From positions 1 to 64,000 of the forward strand of contig UYFQ01000546.1 in the NCBI GenBank assembly GCA_900617105.1: a DNA stretch of 64,000 nucleotides. Direction: 5' to 3'. Numbering within the stretch: the stretch's first letter is position 1; the number at the start of each line of letters is the position of its first letter. The notes beneath the pieces were generated by a model. It was not told the DNA's origin. It worked only from the letters and a program-made list of their open reading frames with translations, and did no database searches. Origin of the DNA: Hydrurus foetidus. Lineage: Eukaryota. Positions 55,862-64,000 of this stretch are shown piece by piece. The translations under genes and the position numbers were made by a program.

Positions 55862-56158
55862 TTACCCCCACTTACTCCTTCCCGAAAAGACCTTTGTCTC
55901 GCTTCTCTCTTTTAACTACTTACTTGTAACTAATGATAAAAAAATTTGTGAACTAACATTAAAGCAGAAAAATACATCAAGTTGTGAAAAATGATGCAAA
56001 TAACTAGACTAAAAGAGAGTTTGGGACCAGGTCCTGACCGGGAGTGTCCGTGCGTCCGACTGCAGCGATCTTGACCCGGTGTGAGTATGTCAGGTTTCAC
56101 TGACTAAAACCGTAAAACCCACGTAGGGTGAAAAAATGGCTAAATTTTGAGAAAAATC

Positions 56159-59100
56159 TCACACCGGTATATCTTCGCCACGCAGGTTGTGCGGAACCAG
56201 CGCCTTCAGTCCGGCGCTCTTGAGGTAGGTGTGTAGCTGGTCCGTGAGTCTCAGAGCACTCCATGGCTCCCATGAGTTGTGTTCCTCGCTGTAATTAAGC
56301 CACTTGACGAGGAAGGTCAACGTGGAGACCTTCCTGGTGTTGCCCTTGTGGGCTGTGATCGCCTCGATATAGAATTCCATATAGTCGCGTCGGGCTGAGT
56401 CCATGGGTTCGATCCTCGCTGGATCGAATAGGAATATCTTGAGCTTTGAAGCGTGGATTCTTTTAGTTTTCTTAGAGACGATGTTCAGGAGTACATACTC
56501 CGAATCGCGATGGGAAATCACCTCCATCGGACCTTGCCAGCGTGTGTGTAGTCGCGTAGGGGGACCTGTAGCGTACTGCGCCAGTACGTACGAACCGACG
56601 GGGAAAACGGTTGGATCCGGCTGATCCGTTAAGCGCTGTGCCGCGTGTTCCTGCGCCATTTCTTGGACTGTCCTGTGCGTCGTATCCTGAGCGTTAATCA
56701 TGTCAGCCATGATGCGTGAGCCCGGAGTCTTAGTTGGAAGGGCCGGTTGAAAGGGCGTGAGGATGCCTCTGTTCAGATCCAAGCGGTTGCCGAAGAGCAG
56801 GTTACCCGGTGACACTCCCGTGGAGCCATGAACTGAGCTGTTCATGATCCGTTGGACAAAGGGGAGGCAAAGCTTGTATTGGTCCATCTCGAGTGTCTCG
56901 AACACAAACGAGCGCAAGTGGCGGTTAACCTCCTTGTTGACCCGCTCCACGATGGAGTTCTCCTCCTTCGAATAGGCTAGTGTGAGGTTGTGCGGTGTTC
57001 CAACCGCCAAGAGAAATTTCTCAATGAGTTCGTTGGCGAAGTGTGGTCCGCGATCGGAGCGTATCAGGTTGGGAGAACCGAAACGACCGAAGTGTTCCAA
57101 GAGACAGCGGCATGCCGACTCTGCCGTGCTGTCCTTGCAGTGGAACAGCTCTGTCCATCTTGAAAATGAGTCCACTATGACTAGCACGTGTGTGCCGTCG
57201 GGGAATGGACCGATGAAGTCGATGTTGAGGACATCGAATAGTACCTCGCCTGCCGTCGTGAACTTATGTACGTTGATGGGGATGCGTACCGCACTCATCT
57301 TCTGGCAGCACGGACAGTACCGTACGAACAACCGGACGTGGTTGCGCATGTACGGCCAAGAACGGCCCATGAGGCCTAGCTTATGCATCGTTCGGTCTAC
57401 GCCGCCATGACCGACGCGGAAGTTGTGGGCCTGTTCCATCCACTCCTGTTCTTCTTCCGAAGCTAATGGGCATGTTGTCAGTGCTGCTACTATAAAACCT
57501 GGGGCGTCCATGACCCTAGGGGTGTAATCCATGGCGAGTTCCATAAGGTTGGGACACAGGCGTGACAGTGTGTCAGCCCATTTGTTCTGGGAGCCTGGCA
57601 CGAAGTGAATCTTGAAGTCGACTTCCTGCATCGCTATGGACCAGCGGGTGACCATCGAGTTGGGGTTGTTGGTCATATACGTCAGATTCAGGTGATCTGT
57701 GTGTATAGTGAACACCCGGTCGCGGAGGAGAGTGTCCATCTGCTGGCAGCAATGGAAGATTGCGTATGCCTCCTTCTGTATCGTTGACCAACGAGATTGT
57801 GTGGCGTTGAAAGACTTGCTGACGAAGGATATCGGTCGCCAAATGTCGTCAACGATCTGGAATAGTACGCCGCCTATACCGTAGTCGGAGGCGTCCGTAT
57901 ACAGCCGTATGGGTGCGTCACTGTCTTCCAGGAAATGCATCAGCGGGCAATGCGATATAGCCATACGGATAGCTTGGAACGCGTCGGAGTTTCCCTGTGT
58001 CCACACCAGTGGTGAGTTCTTCTTGCCCTTGTGGTCAATCATATCTTGAAGTGGCTTCACTATGAGGGAGTGATTTGGTACAAATCCCCGGAAATAGTTC
58101 GCCAGTCCCAATAGGGATCTTAGGGCGTGAGGGTTCCGCGGTTTCTCAAAGTTGAGTACTGATTTAATCTTGACCATGGACATAGACAGTCCCTCTTTAG
58201 AGATGACTCGCCCGACATACTCTATTTGGGGCAGGCCAAATTTGCATTTCTTAGCCTTTAGAAGAAGGCCGCGCTCTCGGAAGCGTTGGAATACCTCCTT
58301 CAGTCTGGTTAGGAACTGATCTTCATCTGATGCATACACTATGCAGTCGTCCAAGTACATCTCGCAGGAGACGTACAGTAAGCCTTGAAGGACTTTGGTG
58401 ACCATTTGCTCCTGGAAGTAGGAGGGGGCCCGTTTAGGTCCAAACGGTAGCCGGGTAAATTGGTACAGGCCGCAGAAGCACAGGAATGCCGTGAACACCC
58501 GGTGCGGTGGGTATAGTGGGGCCTGATGATATCCCGCCGTCAGGTCCATGACTCCAAACACCGTCGGTTTGTTGTGTCCAATTCTTTCGAAGAGCCCGCG
58601 GATGTTGGGGAGGGGCCAGCTGGCGGGCTTGATGCAATCGTTGAGGTTCCTGTAATCGATGCAAACCCGCACTTTGTCTTCTGTCTTCTGTACAATCACT
58701 GGGTGACTGTAATAAGATGCGTTTGATTTCTCAATAACGCCATCTGCAAGCATCGTCTTGATAGCTTTCTCTATCTCGATGTTGTTCTTGACCGACTGGG
58801 GTCGGCATGGGGTCCTGTTCCCTGGGGTCTCCCACAGAGGTTCCTCCACATTAAACCGGAACGGGGTTAAGTCCGCGGCTCTTTCCGCAAGTACATCGCT
58901 GAAGATGTCTCGGTATTCCATGACAAGATCTTTTAATCTGTGTACTTGGGTCTCACTACCCGCGAACACAAATTGCTCTAAGAAAGCTTTGGTGTCGTCC
59001 TCCCCTCTATGAAGGTCCTTGTTGTCGCTGAAGAAAGCACCGAAAGTGTCGACTTTCTCATTATCAATCTCATCAACGGAGACTATGATACCACTGGGCT

Positions 59101-59995
59101 TAACGCAGACAGGGTGGAGAATATCTTCGCTTGTTATAAGTGGTGTGTGCGAAGGGGTGTGAGGGAGGTCAACACCCGGACGCGGTGTATCGTCCGTACG
59201 TACAGCCAAGGCAGCAACTACGTTGCCTGGAAGCTGACGACCCTCGTTGCCACGAGCCGGGCGGTTAGCAAGACCGTTGTGGGCTGCACACTTACAATCT
59301 GGCGAGCATATAGTCTGCTGAGTGTCGGTGACGGGTACCAAAGATGCGACGACATGGTCTATGGTAGATGTTGGGGGACCATACTTAGCCTTCATCTTCT
59401 CCGCGAGTTTCGCTCTCTCCTTTGCTGCTTTCTTGCGCTGTGAGGGGTTCAATTTCTCAGGAGTACGTGCTGGCAACGTCTCCGTTTCAGCGACAGCTGG
59501 TGTCGAAGCAATCACCTTAAAGGAAAGCGGTTTCGCCTTGGCCGTCTTACGGGAGTAATCCTTAGGGGGCTTATCCGGTTTAGCCGAGACGGGCTTTTTA
59601 GCTGCCAAAGGTGGCGGTTGTGGTGCGGACGGTGCTTTGAAACCCAAAGCGGATGGTGTCAAAATGTTAAAATTATTTAGCGCTAGGGTTGTCCGACCCA
59701 CAATTAAATCGATTTCTTGGTCTGGGTTAACGTTAACCGTAAAGTATACCGTGTGTATAATATCGTCGTGTGATTGAAAAATGATTCCTATGTCTACAAC
59801 ATTGACACTCAGGTAGCAGGTGCGATCCAGGCCACTGCATACAGTCATGGGAACAGGTGAGGTGTAAATGTACTGCAGTGCATTCATTCTGACTAAGCAG
59901 TCACGCGAAATGAAATTCCCCGGAAAGCTTCCTGTGTCCAGCAGCGCATCCCCTCGACTTGTTTCGAATGTCCCATTACCGCGTCCTGCGTGTCT
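56159..59995 (-). CDS. pol: Pol polyprotein: aspartic protease, RT, RNase H, integrase, chromodomain
   Basis: The frame extends upstream of the listed Met to include ALLDTGS (protease). Then RVCIDYRNLN, LPFG, YLDD, TDASDYGIG, HHCC zinc motif, IDFIG/SDRG/ENSIVE (DDE) and FLVKWLNY..NSWEP (chromodomain). Confidence 0.95.
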   Translation of the reverse strand, partial: RHAGRGNGTFETSRGDALLDTGSFPGNFISRDCLVRMNALQYIYTSPVPMTVCSGLDRTCYLSVNVVDIGIIFQSHDDIIHTVYFTVNVNPDQEIDLIVGRTTLALNNFNILTPSALGFKAPSAPQPPPLAAKKPVSAKPDKPPKDYSRKTAKAKPLSFKVIASTPAVAETETLPARTPEKLNPSQRKKAAKERAKLAEKMKAKYGPPTSTIDHVVASLVPVTDTQQTICSPDCKCAAHNGLANRPARGNEGRQLPGNVVAALAVRTDDTPRPGVDLPHTPSHTPLITSEDILHPVCVKPSGIIVSVDEIDNEKVDTFGAFFSDNKDLHRGEDDTKAFLEQFVFAGSETQVHRLKDLVMEYRDIFSDVLAERAADLTPFRFNVEEPLWETPGNRTPCRPQSVKNNIEIEKAIKTMLADGVIEKSNASYYSHPVIVQKTEDKVRVCIDYRNLNDCIKPASWPLPNIRGLFERIGHNKPTVFGVMDLTAGYHQAPLYPPHRVFTAFLCFCGLYQFTRLPFGPKRAPSYFQEQMVTKVLQGLLYVSCEMYLDDCIVYASDEDQFLTRLKEVFQRFRERGLLLKAKKCKFGLPQIEYVGRVISKEGLSMSMVKIKSVLNFEKPRNPHALRSLLGLANYFRGFVPNHSLIVKPLQDMIDHKGKKNSPLVWTQGNSDAFQAIRMAISHCPLMHFLEDSDAPIRLYTDASDYGIGGVLFQIVDDIWRPISFVSKSFNATQSRWSTIQKEAYAIFHCCQQMDTLLRDRVFTIHTDHLNLTYMTNNPNSMVTRWSIAMQEVDFKIHFVPGSQNKWADTLSRLCPNLMELAMDYTPRVMDAPGFIVAALTTCPLASEEEQEWMEQAHNFRVGHGGVDRTMHKLGLMGRSWPYMRNHVRLFVRYCPCCQKMSAVRIPINVHKFTTAGEVLFDVLNIDFIGPFPDGTHVLVIVDSFSRWTELFHCKDSTAESACRCLLEHFGRFGSPNLIRSDRGPHFANELIEKFLLAVGTPHNLTLAYSKEENSIVERVNKEVNRHLRSFVFETLEMDQYKLCLPFVQRIMNSSVHGSTGVSPGNLLFGNRLDLNRGILTPFQPALPTKTPGSRIMADMINAQDTTHRTVQEMAQEHAAQRLTDQPDPTVFPVGSYVLAQYATGPPTRLHTRWQGPMEVISHRDSEYVLLNIVSKKTKRIHASKLKIFLFDPARIEPMDSARRDYMEFYIEAITAHKGNTRKVSTLTFLVKWLNYSEEHNSWEPWSALRLTDQLHTYLKSAGLKALVPHNLRGEDIPV

Positions 59996-60829
59996 TTACG
60001 CTGTACAGCAAAGATATTACAAGACAAGTAATCAGTCGGGTTAGTCGAGATGGGCGGTTGCACATCCGAGGGTACAAGGTCCGTACGTACGGGGATGGGT
60101 AAGACAACTGAAAGTGCAGGTAACGCAGTAAGCGGCTGTATGGCAGCAACAATGTCAGATGCAGGCGCGAGTGCATGGACAGAGTCTACAGCAGCTAGAG
60201 ACTTACTTCCTTTGTTGGATCTTGGTTGGGAACTGCTCCTAGGCTGGGAGCTGCCCCTGGCCCTGTTGTGGCGTGACCCCTGTCCGCCGCCCTTCTTGTT
60301 GTCGTACTTACGACTGTCTCGGCGGTCATCGTCTCTGTCACGACTGCGTTCGCGGTTGGAAGAACGGCCACGGTCTGCGCGTCGCTCGCGTGCTTTGCGT
60401 TCGTTCAGATCGCGGTCGTCTCTCTCCCGCTCCTGCAGCGTGCGTCGGTCTCGCGCGGGACGGTCGTCCTCAGACTCACTGTTGTAACGGACTCGCTTGG
60501 ATGTATCCGCATCCTCTGAGGACTCCTCCGCGCGTTTCTTCCGACGAAGTTCCCATCCTGGTAGATACAGGTGCTCTACGAAGGTGTCATGACCCTCAGC
60601 CATCCATGCCTTTCCCATCGCAGACTCTCCCCATAACACGTGGTACTGGTTGTTCGTGTCATGAAGGCCTTTGAAGGGGCAGTCCGCAACCCGGTGTGTT
60701 GTGAAACCGCAGCACTGGCATTCAGTCGGATCCGCGCTGTACGCTCGGCGCTCGCTCCTTTGTTGCACTAGGTTCGACGTCGAACGAGAGGAGGCTGACG
60801 CAGCGGATTTACTGGGACCAGACCATCCT
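59893..60829 (-). CDS. gag: C-terminal part of gag of element 1 with CCHC zinc knuckle and RD/RS-rich tail
   Basis: CQCCGFTTHRVADC fits C-x2-C-x4-H-x4-C. The frame is open to 60829 and hits TAA just inside the inserted element. Confidence 0.85.
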
Positions 60830-61352
60830 TGTTATAGTCTCCACTATATATATTACTCACTCGTACGTACAGCCACATTGAACTTTGCTTGTAACCACTA
60901 GTTTTCGAACCAGTTTTCAATTTCTGATTGTTCTACAACTTCAAGTTGCAGTGTGCTCGTTTAGCGCTAATCTCGCACTCCTTTCACACCTTAATTAACT
61001 ACCGTTATTAAACCACCCAAACCGACTTTGACTCAATTGAGTCAGCCAATCTCCTTGATCAGTCCCATTTGACTGACAAGCCAACCTGTTGTGCCCATTT
61101 GCCCAACTTGAAATTCAAAGCTTCGTCTTCAGCCAGTTGCTGAAACCGTGACACAGCATAAATATATATTTCTAGTTTACACGAGACGAGACAACGTCTA
61201 AGTCTCAGTTGATTCTTTCCTTTCCGCCAGCAAGCAGTGATCGCCCTGGCTCCGCGAGATTTAGAATCTCTGAGGTAAATTGAATTCCTTAGGAGAGCTG
61301 AATTGAAAAGTCTTTGCAAATCGACCACATCTACAGCTGCTATCCTTCAACA

Positions 61353-63038
61353 ATGTCCGAAGGACAAGGAATCCCAAAGAAAGATCCAGAGGATGAGCCT
61401 TCGGATGATCCTATCTTGGAGCTCAAGGAAATGTTCCATCAGTTCCTAGCTACAAGTAGCGAAATCCAATTTCGCCATCGCACCGATATCCGCGAACTCA
61501 AAGACGCAATCCTGGAAATCAAGAAATCGAACTTGAAATCTCCACTACGTGATGAGTTCATCGATACTCCACTTCCTGATCGCAATCGCGGGAGAAGATC
61601 ATCGATGTTCTTCGGCATGCCGCACTACCAACCGAACAATCTGGAATCACTTCCAGACAACACTGATAGACCAGACATGCCGACCAAACCAAACATCCAA
61701 GTCCTCCAAGCTGACATCGTTTACGACAAGGAACTCAAGATCAGTTCTCTAGAAGGCCTCCAGTACCTTTCTCGCCAACTTCAATTGCTTTCCTCCAAAT
61801 ATCCAGGACGTGAAATCAAAATGGCCCACATGGTTTCATACAATCTACGCCCTCACGTATTGGCATCATGGAACTCACACCAGTATCGAGAGTCAGTTAT
61901 CACTGGCGCCGAACCAAACGAGGTCATGGTAGAAGATTGGTTATCTTTAACCAACTCCGAGGTTCAAGCTATCCTCGTGGAAGCTGCACGACCTCGAACA
62001 AAAGAATTGTACTCCAAGGAACTTATATTGTTTCTTGGCAAAGGAATACCACAGACACCATCAATCAGCACCGACAACTTCTCTAGCACCTTCTATGCCC
62101 CTCTAATGAAGTCGCTCACTGACTTGCTCCATCTGCATGATCTGATGTCTGAAGAAACCTCAAATCACAGCGCCAACAAATCCAAGATGCCAGTACCTGG
62201 TTACGGCACAAGAGACAGCCCTGGCCAAATCGCTTTGTGGCTCATCTCCCTTGGTGCTCAGAAAGACTCCATCTTGCAATGGCTCAGCAAGGACGAGCTC
62301 ATTAAGCAGAAGTCTGTAGAACAAGCAGTCAAGTTTGTTAGGGCTCGACTAATGGAAGGTCGTGCTCAAAGCGAAGCACGACAGGACTTGGACGCCAGGC
62401 TCACTCCTATTCGCTACGAAGATCTGAGATACACTCAAGGCGAATCTCATACCCGACATCAGGTGTCCAATACAGGTCGTCAGCCATTTGTCACTCCTCG
62501 CAAATACGATCAGCGTCCACAATCAAACTTCTCGTCGCTAGCAACGTCTGCTAACCCACTGTTCAATGCATCCGAGAATGCATGCAACGAAGAAGACCTC
62601 GAAGATGAAGATGACCTGATTCATGAAGTACATGAAGACAGACCTCAGGATCGTGTCGACACACTAGACCCTGAGGATGAATCTCTTCTTGCGATCAATG
62701 TCGATCAGCATCGGTCCCGATCAGCTGTTTCCGCAACCTTCCGTGGATACTGCAGTGAAGCATTCGTCTACGGCAAATGCGCTCGCCAACATTCCGGCTG
62801 CACCTTCGATCACTCAACCGCCGGCCAGGAACGCTGTATTCAGTCTTTCTCGCTTCTCACCAAGCGTGAATTGCTACTGCACGGACAGCTAGAACCGTGG
62901 TCTTCACCCAAACAGGAACCGACAAGTGGAGTTAAAACGAGCAACTCACATGGATACAAACACTATGGACCCCCACAAGTGCCAGGAGCAGCACGACCTC
63001 CTCCATTGTCAACACCGACGCGCCCATATCAGAAATAG
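61353..63038 (+). CDS. Gag-like protein of element 2 with a C-terminal CCCH zinc finger
   Basis: ATG at 61353, ~560 aa, position upstream of the protease frame, and CSEAFVYGKCARQHSGCTFDH. Confidence 0.7.
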   Translation: MSEGQGIPKKDPEDEPSDDPILELKEMFHQFLATSSEIQFRHRTDIRELKDAILEIKKSNLKSPLRDEFIDTPLPDRNRGRRSSMFFGMPHYQPNNLESLPDNTDRPDMPTKPNIQVLQADIVYDKELKISSLEGLQYLSRQLQLLSSKYPGREIKMAHMVSYNLRPHVLASWNSHQYRESVITGAEPNEVMVEDWLSLTNSEVQAILVEAARPRTKELYSKELILFLGKGIPQTPSISTDNFSSTFYAPLMKSLTDLLHLHDLMSEETSNHSANKSKMPVPGYGTRDSPGQIALWLISLGAQKDSILQWLSKDELIKQKSVEQAVKFVRARLMEGRAQSEARQDLDARLTPIRYEDLRYTQGESHTRHQVSNTGRQPFVTPRKYDQRPQSNFSSLATSANPLFNASENACNEEDLEDEDDLIHEVHEDRPQDRVDTLDPEDESLLAINVDQHRSRSAVSATFRGYCSEAFVYGKCARQHSGCTFDHSTAGQERCIQSFSLLTKRELLLHGQLEPWSSPKQEPTSGVKTSNSHGYKHYGPPQVPGAARPPPLSTPTRPYQK

Positions 63039-63064
63039 GGGTTCGCGAGGCCTTCCATGGCTGA

Positions 63065-64000
63065 AATGCACACGGAAGATCACCTCGCCTCTCCCCAGAT
63101 CAACAACACGCAAATGTCTTTGACCCCGACAACGTTATTACAGAAGCTTTACTCAACCAACTAGCATCTGCTACTTCAACACCCTCGCAGACACTTTGCC
63201 AACCATTTATTCGCTCTGGTATCATCATAACTGATAATGATCCAATCCTATTCGATCGCGGTCTACTTGATACAGGAGCTCAAGGAAGTAACTTTATCTC
63301 CCGTGACGTCTATAACCGCCTACCTTCAACTATCACTGACCTCAGTCGCTCCATTGATCGCATCGTCCGCCTAGGTGATGCACGCTCCCTATCGATTGAG
63401 CTCGAGGTTCCTCTTACTGTTGGTATACTAGATTCCGCCAATAATAATCATCAACACTCCTTATGGTATAGTGTCCTTGACGTCCTCAGTCATGACATTA
63501 TCATCGGTTTAGTTGACCTCATCGGCCCATTCTATGATCTGTTTGCAGACTCTGTAACAAAATCTCGCGAACTTTCGATAACAAATGATCTTGAAACACA
63601 TTTGAGAGATCTTACAGTCGAAGTTCAAGTACTTCACAGTCAGTGCAATCTTAAGGATATTGAACGAGCAACTCGTTCTCTCCAACAACACAATGCTGCG
63701 TATCATCAGCGTAAAAACAAGATATGCGACAGTGTAAGCACTCGAATCCAGCTACTTGCTCTTCAGGATGGAACCATAATAGATATACTATCACATCCTC
63801 GTCTCGGCCACGTCTTCGCCGACAATCGTGTAGAGATTCGATATGATATCTTGAGTGCTCTTCTAAGCAATCCCGATCCTGGTGATATCATCAAACCTTG
63901 GTCTAAACCAATCGATTCTTTGGCACCAGAAGAGCTCAATACTCCAGATCCAACCAGCTTTCCTGATGATATCCTCGCCTACCTTACCACAACTGTTAAG
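63065..64000 (+). CDS. pol: Start of pol of element 2 (retropepsin domain), open to the window end; absent from the ORF track
   Basis: Manual translation gives GLLDTGAQGSNFIS..VRLGD..HDIIIG, with no stop and no ATG between 63065 and 64000. Confidence 0.85.

Larger units (their letters stand above)
55646..60829 (-). mobile_element. Ty3/gypsy LTR retrotransposon with chromodomain integrase (element 1), 5' part displaced by element 2
   Basis: Order gag-PR-RT-RNaseH-IN-chromo followed by PPT and LTR. Confidence 0.93.
60830..64000 (+). mobile_element. Second LTR-type retrotransposon (element 2) inserted in opposite orientation into gag of element 1; runs off the window
   Basis: Abrupt switch to AT-rich sequence starting TGTTATAG at 60830, then a gag-like ORF and a protease-bearing frame. 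RT/IN are not in the window, so the superfamily is unconfirmed. Confidence 0.8.

Noticed and set aside
56403..60901. Plus-strand ORFs antisense to element 1 gag/pol
   Set aside because: Short shadows of GC-rich coding sequence with no recognisable motifs.

Overview
Intron-rich eukaryotic nuclear DNA using the standard genetic code. Gene content and the microsatellite-filled GT-AG introns suggest a protist, plausibly a stramenopile (inference). Eight host genes can be reconstructed by hand: a rolling-stone/AIG1-like membrane protein, a fused E1 alpha+beta 2-oxoacid dehydrogenase, a DUF1415 protein, a TPR+CS/NudC-like co-chaperone, a large polyQ + HAT/TPR protein, a CLEC16A/TT9 homolog, AP-2 alpha adaptin and DNA polymerase kappa. 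There are two mobile-element zones. (1) A 3.87-kb PIF/Harbinger transposon (23-bp TIRs, TGA target duplication, decayed transposase) sits at the apex of a ~535-bp double-hairpin foldback element. (2) At the right end, an unknown ORF is cut by a chromodomain Ty3/gypsy element, whose gag is cut by a second LTR-type element with a CCCH-finger gag and a Met-less pol frame. The most unusual detail is a 20-nt, locally templated GT..AG insertion in a Pol kappa exon whose exact removal restores the reading frame. All calls come from motif recognition and manual translation; no searches were run.
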